Below are positions 8,955-19,087 of a DNA stretch of 64,000 nt, in pieces. Position 1 is the stretch's first letter. Each line of letters opens with the position of its first letter. This stretch comes from a virus: the IMG/VR virus record IMGVR_UViG_3300031952_000013, positions 1 to 64,000 of that record; one strand, 5' to 3'. The position numbers and the translations under genes were made by a program. Below the pieces are notes generated by a model. That model searched no databases, was not told the origin of the DNA, and worked only from the letters and a program-made list of their open reading frames with translations.

Positions 8955-9412
8955 ACAGTCTGATAAAAACGTATCTTGCTGGAGGATTTTATGGGGACTG
9001 GCATAAATATGTGATTAATCGTTGTGACGACGAAGTTCCTGGGATATTTACTTTTTTGAATCCTATAGTTCCGTGGATAAAAGATGGAAATGATGAGTTA
9101 ATATCAGAGGAAGAGAAAGAAGAAACAGATAAGAAACTCACACAGTCTCTTTGGTGGCCTCCAGATAAGTTTTGTGTTCGGATGGCTGATATTGTTTTTG
9201 TTTACTTTAGAGATTACCGTCCAAAGTTGTTGGGAGTAGGAGAAGTTTTTGAAATCGGTATGTGTTTTGCTTGGGATAAATTTACGATTGTGGTAAATGA
9301 AGTTGACCATAGATATTACCGTGGTGTCGCTCGGATGTTTCCAAACTTTAAAACGCTTAAAGAGGGAGTAGATTATCTGATTCATTGTGCATGGGTTGGA
9401 GGAGACATGTGA
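8951..9412 (+). CDS. Nucleoside 2-deoxyribosyltransferase-like protein
   Basis: YLAGG, FLNP, D...V..ADIV and G..FEIG..FA pattern. Confidence 0.65.
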   Translation: MNSLIKTYLAGGFYGDWHKYVINRCDDEVPGIFTFLNPIVPWIKDGNDELISEEEKEETDKKLTQSLWWPPDKFCVRMADIVFVYFRDYRPKLLGVGEVFEIGMCFAWDKFTIVVNEVDHRYYRGVARMFPNFKTLKEGVDYLIHCAWVGGDM

Positions 9413-9693
9413 TGGTAGAAGAAGACATGAAGTTTAAAGGTTTTATAGGGAGGTTGTTGTTTAAACTCTCAGGGATGAAGGTTATTAGTTTCCTTGTTTC
9501 GGGAACTGGTGTTCTTGCACTGGTGGTTATGTCAAAGATGTTTTTCGGAAAGGTTTCTGACCAGATTATTCTAAAGGCTATGGAGGTAATAAAGGACTTG
9601 GCTCTCGGGTTGTTTATTGTACGTGGTACACAGAACGTAGTTACTTCGATTATGACTGGGAAAAAGACTAACAACAATAACGGAGAAGGATGA
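9412..9693 (+). CDS. Putative holin/membrane protein
   Basis: Two hydrophobic segments; two genes upstream of the amidase; ATG at 9412 after GGAGG. Confidence 0.5.
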   Translation: MVEEDMKFKGFIGRLLFKLSGMKVISFLVSGTGVLALVVMSKMFFGKVSDQIILKAMEVIKDLALGLFIVRGTQNVVTSIMTGKKTNNNNGEG

Positions 9694-9983
9694 TGGCGAG
9701 GAGAAAGATTGGTATGAACAACGGTGGTATTTCTGGTAACATCTTAGTGAAGATTTTTGAAAACACAATTGAAACGCAGACTCAGGTTATGAATGAACTA
9801 GGTACTACTTGTAAGGCTGTGGTTGATAATACTAAGGCTACTAGGGAGTTGGTAGAGGCACTAAAGGCAGTTCCTTTAAGGTTGTGTAATATTGAGAAGT
9901 CGCTAAGAATTCTCCGTTGGTCTTTAATTCCGATAGTTTTAATTCTGGCTACGACGCTAATGTCGCTGGCTTTGAAACATTAG
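9690..9983 (+). CDS. Small membrane protein of the lysis cassette
   Basis: Coiled-coil followed by a C-terminal TM helix; adjacent to the amidase. Confidence 0.45.
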   Translation: MMARRKIGMNNGGISGNILVKIFENTIETQTQVMNELGTTCKAVVDNTKATRELVEALKAVPLRLCNIEKSLRILRWSLIPIVLILATTLMSLALKH

Positions 9984-9991
9984 GAGGCAGT

Positions 9992-10456
9992 GTGTTTACA
10001 ATTAATAAGGTGATATTACATCACAGCTTGACGCGAGATAGTGGGACGGTATCTTGGGGGGATATTCGTAGGTATCATGTGACTCCACCTCCAGATGGAA
10101 TGGGACTTGTTGATATTGGATACCATGCAGGTATTGAATTAATTGAAAGTGGTGGTCATAGTTTGAACTACGAGATTCTTACGGGTAGAATGTGGAATGT
10201 TCAAGGTGCTCACACTAGGGGACAGAACAAAGACTCTCTTGGTATATGTTTTGTAGGGAACTTTGATATTGTTGTGCCGCCGGATGATTTATTGAAGGCA
10301 GGAGCCAAGGTTGTGGCTTTGTGGTTGCATCTTTTTGATATTCCTGTGACGAATATTTTTGGGCATAAAGATTTTGCAGATAAGTCCTGCCCAGGGGTTT
10401 TGTTTGACATAAATAAGTTTAGAACCCTGGTAGAAACGGTATATGATATGGCGTGA
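9992..10456 (+). CDS. N-acetylmuramoyl-L-alanine amidase (Amidase_2 endolysin)
   Basis: ILHHS, DIGYH, GAHTRGQN, GICFVGNF, GHKD..KSCPG; likely GTG start at 9992 after AGGAGG. Confidence 0.9.
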   Translation: MFTINKVILHHSLTRDSGTVSWGDIRRYHVTPPPDGMGLVDIGYHAGIELIESGGHSLNYEILTGRMWNVQGAHTRGQNKDSLGICFVGNFDIVVPPDDLLKAGAKVVALWLHLFDIPVTNIFGHKDFADKSCPGVLFDINKFRTLVETVYDMA

Positions 10457-11961
10457 ATCTTTCACTAAAAATAAAACAAGCTGCTAGGTCACACCCTAAT
10501 TTTCAGTCCAGCAGTCTGCCGGATATCGGTTTAATCCAACCATTACGTCCCTTCCAGCAACAGGGAATGCTTTATGCTTATGCGGCTAAAAAATGCATTA
10601 TTGCTGACGCGACAGGTCTAGGCAAATCGGCTCAATGTATCGGATTGATTAGTCTGATAACGCATAAGCACAACGAAGATGACCGGTTTCTACTTGTGGC
10701 TCCTCCCCCAACTATTATTCAGTGGTCGGATGAGTTTTCTAAATTTAGTTCTATCGCCCATCCTGTGTTAGGTATCTTTGGTCCTGAGGAGAGGGTATCT
10801 AACTATGTCTCAGGTTTCCACGTTATGATTATCTCCTATCAGGTTCTCATCAGGGATTGGGAGATGATTAACGACTTGGGTATTCGTAACTGGATATTTG
10901 ATGACGCCCATTTCTTTAGGCATCATTGGACAAAAACGGCAGGGGTGGTGAAGCAGTTAACTAGAAACGCCAACCGGATAGTGTTGACTACAGCTACTCC
11001 AATGCAGAAGTCTCCGATGGATTTACATTCTCTGCTTGAGGCTCTGGGTCTGAATCGAGTGTTCGGTACGGCTGTGGGTTTTGAGAATCATTATTGTGTA
11101 ATCCGAAAGACAAGGAGAACACTCAGGGATGGTCGAACATTCTGGAAAAAAGAGTTCGTAAGAGCCAGAAATTTGCCGGAGTTGAAAGATAAAGTTTACC
11201 CCTATGTGATTCAGCGGACCTTTGCAGATGTGGGGGAGGAACTGCCTGGATTAATCGTTAAGCCGATATGGTTGTACCTTTCGGAGCGTCAAAGGCAGCT
11301 TCAGGAGCAAGCCCATAAGAAATTAGTTAAACTCTGGGATGCTGGTGAGTTGGCTACTATACGCAACAAAGGGTTTCATTTTATGCGGCAGTTATGCGCT
11401 GGTACAAGGACGGCAGGTTTCAAAGATGATTCTAGTACGAAACTCGACGCAATTTGTCAGTTTGTAGATGATAAATTAGGTAGTGAGAAGGTTCTGATTT
11501 ATAGCTTTTATAAGGGGACAGTGCGTACACTCGTAGAAAGGTTTAAAAAGAGCGGTAGGACAGACTTTGAAGTGATTACGGGTGACATAACGAGCAAAGT
11601 AGAACGGGAAAGAATACGGAATAGATTTCTTAAAGACCCTGCGCTCAAGATACTAATTGGTACGGATGCGATAAAAGTAGGGTTAAATCTACAGTCAGCT
11701 AGGTATCTATTATGTGTAGACCTTATTCTGAATGCTCAAGAATTGGTGCAACTAATAGGTAGGCTGCGTAGGATGGGGGCTACCTGTAAGAATGTGGTTG
11801 TTTATTTTCTTTTGACCAAAGGTACGATTGAAGAGAGGCTGTGGAATAGATTGAAGTATGAGTCAGCTTTATTTGATGTGATATTTGAACAGAAAAGTGA
11901 TGTTTTTCCTTCTCTGGATTCTATCGAGTTGGCTAGTCTAATGGGGTTGACGCATGAATGA
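10453..11961 (+). CDS. SNF2-family helicase/ATPase
   Basis: LRPFQ, ADATGLGKS, DDAH, LTTATP, KVLIYS, GLNLQ, QLIGRLRRMG, GTIEE. Confidence 0.9.
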   Translation: MNLSLKIKQAARSHPNFQSSSLPDIGLIQPLRPFQQQGMLYAYAAKKCIIADATGLGKSAQCIGLISLITHKHNEDDRFLLVAPPPTIIQWSDEFSKFSSIAHPVLGIFGPEERVSNYVSGFHVMIISYQVLIRDWEMINDLGIRNWIFDDAHFFRHHWTKTAGVVKQLTRNANRIVLTTATPMQKSPMDLHSLLEALGLNRVFGTAVGFENHYCVIRKTRRTLRDGRTFWKKEFVRARNLPELKDKVYPYVIQRTFADVGEELPGLIVKPIWLYLSERQRQLQEQAHKKLVKLWDAGELATIRNKGFHFMRQLCAGTRTAGFKDDSSTKLDAICQFVDDKLGSEKVLIYSFYKGTVRTLVERFKKSGRTDFEVITGDITSKVERERIRNRFLKDPALKILIGTDAIKVGLNLQSARYLLCVDLILNAQELVQLIGRLRRMGATCKNVVVYFLLTKGTIEERLWNRLKYESALFDVIFEQKSDVFPSLDSIELASLMGLTHE

Positions 11962-13354
11962 AGAGTGGCAGGGTTTGCAGCAGTTCATTGTGTGTTATAT
12001 CTTTTTCAAGGGGAAAGAGAAAGCTCTGCATAAAGCTCAAAGTAGGCTGAAGAAGGAGCATTTTAAGGACCACCAAAGAGCTATATGGCTCTCGATGGTT
12101 CGTTACAACACGCAGACTATGGGGATGGTAGACATGGATGGTTTCCGTGGGGTTATGAGAGCGGCCAAAGTCCCTGAGGATTACCTCTTAGTTTGTGAGC
12201 AGATTTTGTTGGAAGGTAAAGAGAAGGCGGAGACTAAAGATGAGTCGTTTTTCACATGGACTCTGGGTAGATTAGAAGAAGTCTATCGAGTGATAAGGTT
12301 TGAAGAAGTTATAGATGAAGGAGGGGCTAAGGTCAAGGCTGAAGGTTACTTCCCTGCTAGGGATTATGTGCTGACTGCGATGAGTGATTTGGAGAGTAGT
12401 TATGTGGACTTAGCTCCAGATGGTCTGTTGCGGTCGGAAATTGACGATTTTATTGAAGAAGTTGCTTCAGCAAAAGACAAAAAGATTTCATCATCTGTTG
12501 ATTTTGGTTTTGAGGTGCTTGATTCTAGTGTATTGGGAATGCGTGGCGGGGATTTAGGTCTTATTGTAGGGTGGACAGGTGTAGGCAAAACTACGTTCTG
12601 TATCAATACTGCTGTTCATGTGGCTTGTGTTCAGAAAAGAAACGTCGTGATGGTGACTACAGAAACCATAAGGCAGCAACTTCGGAGGCGGATTTATTCT
12701 AGGATGACTAAACTGCCTGTATTTGATGGGTATGTTCCTCTATCATCGCAGAAGTTGAAGAGTGGTCAGTTGAATCCGGCAGAGCAGGAGACCTTGATTG
12801 CTCTCAGCAATTTTATGAAGAAGGGTGAGCATGGAGAACTGATGGTAACACAGGCCCCATCTAGGGCAACGATGGATTGGCTCAGAGGCAAATTGCTTCA
12901 GTATGAGTCAATGTTCAAGGTAGATTTGCTCATTCTTGATGACATACGGAATATGGTTCCTTCTATCAGGAGGAAGCAGGAGTACGAGGAGATGGGCCAG
13001 TTGCTTCGTGATCTGAAGCGTATGGCTAGGACGCACGCTAATCGAGGCATACCAATTCTTACTCCTTATCATATCAACAGGGAAACATACAAAAAATTTA
13101 TTGATAAGGAAGGAACGGCGGGTAGTTCGGTCACTCTATCAGGTCTGAGTTCGTCGTCTGAAGCAGAACGTCAGGTTGATATAGGTTTGTTCCTGTGGAA
13201 AGATGACAATACGCCTGGGGTAATTCAAGTGACGGTATTGAAGATGCGGGATGGGGCATCGGGTCAATCTTTTAGACTTCAGGCCGATTTGGATTACCAG
13301 TTCCTCTCACAGAGCATAATTTTTACCAATATTTCTACGGGGGATTTAATTTAG
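11954..13354 (+). CDS. dnaB: DnaB-like replicative helicase
   Basis: Walker A GWTGVGKT, VDLLILDD, LKRMA, INRE, KMRDG. Confidence 0.85.
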   Translation: MNEEWQGLQQFIVCYIFFKGKEKALHKAQSRLKKEHFKDHQRAIWLSMVRYNTQTMGMVDMDGFRGVMRAAKVPEDYLLVCEQILLEGKEKAETKDESFFTWTLGRLEEVYRVIRFEEVIDEGGAKVKAEGYFPARDYVLTAMSDLESSYVDLAPDGLLRSEIDDFIEEVASAKDKKISSSVDFGFEVLDSSVLGMRGGDLGLIVGWTGVGKTTFCINTAVHVACVQKRNVVMVTTETIRQQLRRRIYSRMTKLPVFDGYVPLSSQKLKSGQLNPAEQETLIALSNFMKKGEHGELMVTQAPSRATMDWLRGKLLQYESMFKVDLLILDDIRNMVPSIRRKQEYEEMGQLLRDLKRMARTHANRGIPILTPYHINRETYKKFIDKEGTAGSSVTLSGLSSSSEAERQVDIGLFLWKDDNTPGVIQVTVLKMRDGASGQSFRLQADLDYQFLSQSIIFTNISTGDLI

Positions 13355-13357
13355 GCC

Positions 13358-14020
13358 ATGACATCTAGAGGCAAACTCAAAAAATTACTGGGAAGCGATT
13401 TCCGGCTGGTTTACCAATATTATTTTCACGGAAATAGAATTGGGGGAAAAAATAAGGAGATGGTTATTTGCCCGTTTCATCGGGATATAATGCCGTCTCT
13501 TTCAATAGATTTTGAGAAGGGTTTTGCCTACTGTTTTTCTTGCGCTAAATCCTGGGATTCATTGGAGTTTGTTAAGGATGCAGAAAAGGTAGGTATTCGG
13601 GGGGCATTAAGGAAGCTCGCAAAGATTATTAAGTTGGAAATTACAGAGCCGGAAATTGTGGAATGTTGCAAGCTCTTAAAGGTAGGTCATATCGAACCGA
13701 CTGACCAGGAACAGCAAGTCGTAGATCAGGAGCGGCTACACAAACTGGCTTTGAAATTCATTTCTTGGGAGTTTATGTGTAAAGTTGAGGTACTCTCAGG
13801 CTATAAGCGGTTCCATCATTACTATGAGGCTTGCTTGGATGAGTTTGATGACATAATAAAAACAGGAATAACAGTTAGGAAGTTTGATGAGATTAAAGAC
13901 AAGGCACGTCATTACCTTGTGTGGCTTAGCGACTTGTTGCCCGTGCTAGAGGAGGACTATGGTAAATTGCAGCGAGAAGGTTGGCAGGATAGAACCGGTG
14001 AGTTTTTAGGTGTATTGTAG
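13358..14020 (+). CDS. CHC2 zinc-finger (primase Zn-binding domain) protein with no evident TOPRIM domain
   Basis: CPFHRD..PS....YCFSC; the rest is helical and lacks TOPRIM acidic motifs. Confidence 0.75.
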   Translation: MTSRGKLKKLLGSDFRLVYQYYFHGNRIGGKNKEMVICPFHRDIMPSLSIDFEKGFAYCFSCAKSWDSLEFVKDAEKVGIRGALRKLAKIIKLEITEPEIVECCKLLKVGHIEPTDQEQQVVDQERLHKLALKFISWEFMCKVEVLSGYKRFHHYYEACLDEFDDIIKTGITVRKFDEIKDKARHYLVWLSDLLPVLEEDYGKLQREGWQDRTGEFLGVL

Positions 14021-14146
14021 GCTGAGAATTCTTGGGCTGTTCGGATTTGAGTGGCTCACAAAAATTTCAAACTCGAATTTTCGTGTTTTTGGCTGGACGG
14101 ATGTGGGAAATTTTTTAATTTTTGGGATTTTTTGGACCAGGAATGG

Positions 14147-14330
14147 TAGAAGCTCGGAAATTGGACCGGAGAGGATGGAAATTGGGTTCGGCTGGTTGGG
14201 TTCGGCTGGTTGGCAGGGCTTAGGGCTTCTAGAAGCTCGGAAATTGGACCGGAGAGGATGAGGTTGGGTTGGGATTGGGATAGGAAGGTTAGGTTGGGAT
14301 TGGGATAGGAAGGTTAGGTTGGGGATGGTT
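14147..14330. repeat. G/T-rich repeat tract I
   Basis: 31-bp direct repeat TAGAAGCTCGGAAATTGGACCGGAGAGGATG at 14147-14177 and 14230-14260; tandem TTGGGTTCGGCTGG x2; tandem GGTTGGGATTGGGATAGGAAGGTTA x2. Confidence 0.85.
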
Positions 14331-14585
14331 TTCTGGACTGTTTGGTTGTCAGGATGTTCCGGTTCTTGGGGGTTTTACAAGGCTATAGATTATATCCTTT
14401 TTAATACCTGTCCTCCAGACCGAGGGTTCTGAGGATGCCCAGGTTCTTCGGGCTATTAGATGAAAATTGCTTAAAAATCCAAAAAGGCCAAGAAGTGTCC
14501 GTGGACCGACCCCATTGTAAATCGGTGGGCGTAGGTTCCATCCACAACTTGTTTATTTTCAACAACTTTGGTGTGAAAATTTCTC

Positions 14586-14614
14586 TTGCTTTGAAGGTTA
14601 TTTTGACTTATATT
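14586..14614 (+). promoter_or_regulatory. Sigma70-like promoter
   Basis: TTGCTT-N17-TATATT upstream of the small-gene cluster. Confidence 0.5.
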
Positions 14615-14648
14615 AGTATTAGGAGTGAAATATGCGAGTTAAAAACAA

Positions 14649-14978
14649 TTGTCGAAGCGTGAACTAGGTAGGCGTGAGTTAGAGAGAGTTCAGCGAGATA
14701 TGCTTGATTCAGTTAAGCATGGCGAAGGTGAGGTCAGAAAAGAGTATGTTTGCTTCTTGTCGAATCTTGTCGAGTTAGTTTATGAAAGGGAATCTATAGG
14801 TAAGAGTGACGTGCCTAAGACGACTGTAGAGAAATGGGTTAACATTTGGAATCGTTATCTTAAAGCTGATGAGTCTTTGATGCCTGAAGATTGCCAGGTA
14901 GACGTTGAGTTGGCGTTAGGGAGCCGGAATACAAAGGCACTGATTAGTGTAATTAGGCGTGTGATCGAATCCATTTAA
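14649..14978 (+). CDS. Hypothetical protein
   Basis: ORF downstream of the promoter; start uncertain. Confidence 0.5.
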   Translation: MSKRELGRRELERVQRDMLDSVKHGEGEVRKEYVCFLSNLVELVYERESIGKSDVPKTTVEKWVNIWNRYLKADESLMPEDCQVDVELALGSRNTKALISVIRRVIESI

Positions 14979-14994
14979 TATAGGAGGTTACGCT

Positions 14995-15300
14995 ATGTTG
15001 TCGATGGAAAAGAAAGGTAGAGAGAGGAAAGTTTCGCTTGACAGCGAGATGCCTGTGTTGGCCTGGGCTGACAGAGTTGAGAAAGAAGCTGACAGGCTAG
15101 AAAAGCGTGAGTGTCGTGTGGAGTTTCTGAGGGCGAAGAAAAAGCTGGATGATACCAGGATGTACCTGGGTCTGATGTCAACGGATGAAATGATTCTCAT
15201 TCTGAAGATTGAGGATTTCTTGACTCGGCATACTTACATTGGTCGTCACTGGATGCATATGATGAAGAATCTAGTGGCTAAGTATGCCAGGAGAGCGTAG
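14995..15300 (+). CDS. Hypothetical protein
   Basis: AGGAGG RBS followed by ATG. Confidence 0.6.
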   Translation: MLSMEKKGRERKVSLDSEMPVLAWADRVEKEADRLEKRECRVEFLRAKKKLDDTRMYLGLMSTDEMILILKIEDFLTRHTYIGRHWMHMMKNLVAKYARRA

Positions 15301-15461
15301 AGGAGGCTATCGTGAAATATGAAACAATCCGTAAGATTAGTTATGTTGGTTTGTATATCCCTGTTGTTGGGATTCTCTTGGGGATTATTTTGTTGTGGAT
15401 TCTTCGGGATTGTGGGGGATGGTGAGGTTAGGTTAGCGTAACCTCCCGATATAGGGCTTCT

Positions 15462-15513
15462 TGAGGCTGAGCCTTGGCAGCTGCGGTTGTCTAAATCAGC
15501 CTCATTTTGTTTT
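15462..15513 (+). terminator. Hairpin with T tract
   Basis: TGAGGCTGA...TCAGCCTCA stem followed by TTTTGTTTT. Confidence 0.5.
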
Positions 15514-15543
15514 GGTTACAATCTTTAAGAAAGGAGATAAAAT

Positions 15544-15810
15544 ATGGAGAACGAAAAAGTTCTGGGTCGTGTGCCGTCGGGAGCAATGATGGAGGTCAGA
15601 ACAACGTCGGTTGAAGACAAAGGGCAGAGGTTCGTTGACATTCGTTTGTTCTACATGGATGTGAAGACGGTGGATGGCAATGCGGATGTCTTCATCGAGC
15701 GTCCTGCGGAAGTTTTCAAGCCGACTAAGAAGGGTTGCTTCTTGAAAGAAGAGGTTTTCAAGGAGTTGATGGAGTCGGTTCTGATTCCTAAGTTCAATTC
15801 GATGAAGTAA
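15544..15810 (+). CDS. PC4/YdbC-like ssDNA-binding protein
   Basis: KGQRFVDIRLFY...FKPTKKG.FL pattern typical of the PC4 fold. Confidence 0.75.
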   Translation: MENEKVLGRVPSGAMMEVRTTSVEDKGQRFVDIRLFYMDVKTVDGNADVFIERPAEVFKPTKKGCFLKEEVFKELMESVLIPKFNSMK

Positions 15811-15822
15811 AGGAGGTTCGCT

Positions 15823-16086
15823 ATGATGTACACAGTTTACCGCAAGCATGATGTGGTTAAAGGGTTGGTGGAACCTGTGCCGCCTCAGGAGTATGAGAAG
15901 GTCTTGACTGAGGATGGGGTGAAATCCCTGAGGATGTTTGTGTTGGGTCATGGTAAGGAGGCTTATAGCGGGGTTGCGTTTAGCGTTTGTGAGTTGACAG
16001 GAGCGCATGGGTTCTGCGAGAAGAAAGAGTGTGAAGGTTGTGAGGGGATGACGACGCTGTGGGTTAAGCGTCATTGGGGGTTCTAG
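15823..16086 (+). CDS. Hypothetical Cys-containing protein
   Basis: AGGAGG RBS. Confidence 0.55.
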   Translation: MMYTVYRKHDVVKGLVEPVPPQEYEKVLTEDGVKSLRMFVLGHGKEAYSGVAFSVCELTGAHGFCEKKECEGCEGMTTLWVKRHWGF

Positions 16087-16097
16087 GAGGTTACAAA

Positions 16098-16538
16098 ATG
16101 ATTATGCCATGGAAAGAGTTGGAGGAGAGTTGGAAGAAGCAACTTGCAGACTGGTCTGCTTCGTTGCTTCATGTTATGGAGATGGAGTGGTATCAATGTG
16201 AGGCGGTTGGGAAAGTTTATACAGGAGGAAACATGATAAATCAACAGGAATTGTTAGAGTATTTTCGTTTGGGTCAGAAGTTAAAAGCTGCCGAGGACAA
16301 AATCAGGTTAGCAAAGGCTAAGATGGAAGACCACGAGAAGCAGTTTATTGCTCGGTTGTATACTGATGAGAAAGTTGAGGTCGGTAGCTTGACTGCTTAT
16401 CTCAGGGCAGAGAAAGGGCGAGCTGTGGTGAAGTGGAAAGACATTGTTGAAGAAATAAAAGGGGCTGTTTATGTTGAACAGGTTTTGCAGAACGCACCGA
16501 GGCCGGTAACGGAGAAACTCGTCGTGGAGGTTACATGA
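16098..16538 (+). CDS. Hypothetical protein (second in-frame RBS and ATG at 16233)
   Basis: AGGAGG before both 16098 and 16233. Confidence 0.55.
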   Translation: MIMPWKELEESWKKQLADWSASLLHVMEMEWYQCEAVGKVYTGGNMINQQELLEYFRLGQKLKAAEDKIRLAKAKMEDHEKQFIARLYTDEKVEVGSLTAYLRAEKGRAVVKWKDIVEEIKGAVYVEQVLQNAPRPVTEKLVVEVT

Positions 16539-16605
16539 AGGCAGACTAATATGATTGGGTAACAAGAGCGTTTTAGTCGTGGTGTTTTAATCATTAGGAG
16601 GTAAA

Positions 16606-16908
16606 ATGAAGACGGTTAAGAAAACGAAGGCTAGCCTGAAGAAGACTGCTAAGAAGGCCGCAAAGAAAGTTATTAAGAAGATTGCGGCTAAGCCGATGGA
16701 ATTCGGTAAGGTCTCGTCGTATGCGGGAACGGGTGCGAGGTACTGGGAATCTGTAAAGTTTCCTGGGTTCCGTATTCGTAAAGCTGAGGATGGGACTCTT
16801 CGCATCCATATTGCGAGGAAGTTGGAACCGAATCTTCGGTATCGTAAGGACTACATTGCTCTGGATGTGCCGAGGTCGGTTATGAAGGGGATTCTCAGTC
16901 GAGTTTGA
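16606..16908 (+). CDS. Basic protein with histone-H1-like Lys/Ala N-terminus
   Basis: KKTKASLKKTAKKAAKKVIKKIAAK; AGGAGG RBS. Confidence 0.6.
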   Translation: MKTVKKTKASLKKTAKKAAKKVIKKIAAKPMEFGKVSSYAGTGARYWESVKFPGFRIRKAEDGTLRIHIARKLEPNLRYRKDYIALDVPRSVMKGILSRV

Positions 16909-16918
16909 GGAGGCTGCT

Positions 16919-17749
16919 GTGGTTTCCGTTGGCCTTGGGCGTGAATGGTTGAAAGAAGAGGGGAAGGTCTGTACTTCCCCTCTTACTTTGTCTAAGAAAG
17001 AGAAAGTTTACTCTAGGTATTTATCGGTTCCGTATTGTTGGCTTTGGAAAGCAGTGGCTGAGTTTTACCAGACGGAAGAGTTACAGGCATGTAGGAAGTT
17101 TCAATATTTTGGGTCAAGTCCGTTTGATGATTGGTATTATGATAAAGTAATAGCGGATTGTGCTGAGATAGTTTTGATGTTTGGGTTGTCTGCCGTTGTA
17201 GCAGAGGCTAGGCATTTTAGTCATCGGTCGAGAAGGGAATCGCAGATGAATTGTCGTTCTCCTGAAAACAAGGAGAGGCAAAAAGAGGCTGTAAAAGCGT
17301 ATTCTAGGTTGAAGAAGTTGGTTCAGTTGCCCGAATTTTGGAGTAGTAGGAACGCTGTGTATAGTCTGGCTATACCTTATACTTATTGGCCGTCTATGGT
17401 TGTTCTGTGTAAGAAAATTTTTGGGGGGTTGTGGAGAGGAAGTGGTTATGGTGGACAAAGCTGGCTGAACGTTGTTGTGGCTTTACAGCGTTTGATGTAT
17501 GCGTGGGCAAAGGGTCATTATAAAGAAACTGTGATTGCGATGGACCAATTGATTAACTTATGCCATAATAACGGGTTGATGCTGAATAAGTTTAACTGCG
17601 CTGGGTATGTTGTGGAGAAGGTTCTTGCGGCAAAGCAAATAGGGGATTCTATCTATTTGAGTGCGATTCGTTGGGCTAGAAACGAGTTTTGTACCGTGCC
17701 TATAAATGGATGTAATAGTAAAGTTTGGAAGGTAAAGGAGATGTTATGA
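16919..17749 (+). CDS. Hypothetical protein
   Basis: 276-aa ORF with GAGGAGG RBS. Confidence 0.65.
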   Translation: MVSVGLGREWLKEEGKVCTSPLTLSKKEKVYSRYLSVPYCWLWKAVAEFYQTEELQACRKFQYFGSSPFDDWYYDKVIADCAEIVLMFGLSAVVAEARHFSHRSRRESQMNCRSPENKERQKEAVKAYSRLKKLVQLPEFWSSRNAVYSLAIPYTYWPSMVVLCKKIFGGLWRGSGYGGQSWLNVVVALQRLMYAWAKGHYKETVIAMDQLINLCHNNGLMLNKFNCAGYVVEKVLAAKQIGDSIYLSAIRWARNEFCTVPINGCNSKVWKVKEML

Positions 17750-18564
17750 GCAGGAAGAGAAAAAAAGGTAAGGACAAGAGGAGAAAGGCTGTGAAACTGT
17801 TTCATCGGAAGAAGAAAGAAGATAAGGTTGGGACAAAATCTATCTATAAAGCGTGTACGCATCCTTTATGGGTGACGATTGGGAAGCATCGAGTTTTGTT
17901 GTGTAGCAGTTGTGACTATGATGGTGATGTTGCTGAGGTTGTAAAGGGGCTTGATGTTTTTATTGGGTTAGACCAGTATCGGTGGGATGTTGAAGAAGTG
18001 AAGGATACTAGGTTTAAGAATCCTTTGCTTCAGAGGATTTGGGAACGTTACCGGTCGGATAAAGGAAGGCCGGAGAACATTATCGCACTCCATGTGCCGG
18101 ATAGAGGGGTTAATGAGCGTGTGTATGAAATAGTGCTTTGGCTGATGAAATCTGGGTATAGAGCAGGGTTCGGGTGTGTTGGAGGCCACGGGCGCACCGG
18201 CTGGCTTGCTGCGAAGTTGATTAAGCATTTTGAGAATTGTTCCGGTGATGAGGCGGTGCGGAGAATTCGTGATAGGTTCTGTAAAGATTGTGTGGAGAGC
18301 GAGAGGCAGGTGGAAGATTTGGGCTGCAAAAAAACTAAAAGCTCTGATAAGGTTGTTACATCAAGTTCTTGGCTTGCTGGGTATAAGCCTGGAGAGATTA
18401 AGCAGTATCAACCTGGAACAGACAACTTTAATGATTGGTGGGATAAGCATTATGGCGTGGGTGACAAACAATCAATGTTGCTGCCGTCTTATCTGAAAGA
18501 AACCGGATTGGATAAAGTCGATAAGGATGACAAAGACTCACCGTTTATCATTCATGGAGATTGA
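17746..18564 (+). CDS. Protein-tyrosine/dual-specificity phosphatase (CX5R)
   Basis: GCVGGHGRTG P-loop, HVPD acid loop, VESERQ Q-loop. Confidence 0.85.
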   Translation: MSRKRKKGKDKRRKAVKLFHRKKKEDKVGTKSIYKACTHPLWVTIGKHRVLLCSSCDYDGDVAEVVKGLDVFIGLDQYRWDVEEVKDTRFKNPLLQRIWERYRSDKGRPENIIALHVPDRGVNERVYEIVLWLMKSGYRAGFGCVGGHGRTGWLAAKLIKHFENCSGDEAVRRIRDRFCKDCVESERQVEDLGCKKTKSSDKVVTSSSWLAGYKPGEIKQYQPGTDNFNDWWDKHYGVGDKQSMLLPSYLKETGLDKVDKDDKDSPFIIHGD

Positions 18565-18566
18565 GG

Positions 18567-18947
18567 ATGGCTAAGATGTTTGTTGGTTATGGTCCTATGC
18601 TTTTCCATATGGGGAAGTTTGATTTTAGGACAGAAGAATTTTTTGCGGTTACTGCGGAAAGTAAGGATGAAGCAGATAGTTGGTATAATGGAGGTTATGA
18701 AGAGTTGGACAATTATCGGGAAGGTTTTTATCTTTATGTTGATAATCGTAATTTCTCTGTGGTTGGTGTGAAGCCGTTTGTTTGTGTAAGGGAGGTACGT
18801 AAGCGGAAGGGTTGGTTGCAATCTCGTTTTGCGAGTCCACATTCTGCGAATGTAATGTCTGAATTTAGTCAGGTTCAGTTTTTTAGGATTATTTTTCATA
18901 GGAAGTTCGGAGATGGGTGGGAGATAGAATATGGGATTGTCACCTAG
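18567..18947 (+). CDS. Hypothetical protein
   Basis: ORF in the co-oriented gene run. Confidence 0.5.
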   Translation: MAKMFVGYGPMLFHMGKFDFRTEEFFAVTAESKDEADSWYNGGYEELDNYREGFYLYVDNRNFSVVGVKPFVCVREVRKRKGWLQSRFASPHSANVMSEFSQVQFFRIIFHRKFGDGWEIEYGIVT

Positions 18948-19087
18948 AGGTTTGTTTTTTGTGCGTTCCCGTATCAGGAGACGTAGGTTGAATCTCTTGA
19001 ATCGGGATAATGTAGTGGATATCAATGTTCCGCGTCAGGCTAAAAGGTACCGGCGTGGAATGTTTGGTAAATTTAATAAACGGAGGT

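Noticed and set aside
14010-14261. 83-aa Gly/Trp-rich ORF
   Set aside because: It runs through G-rich repeat tract I and is probably spurious
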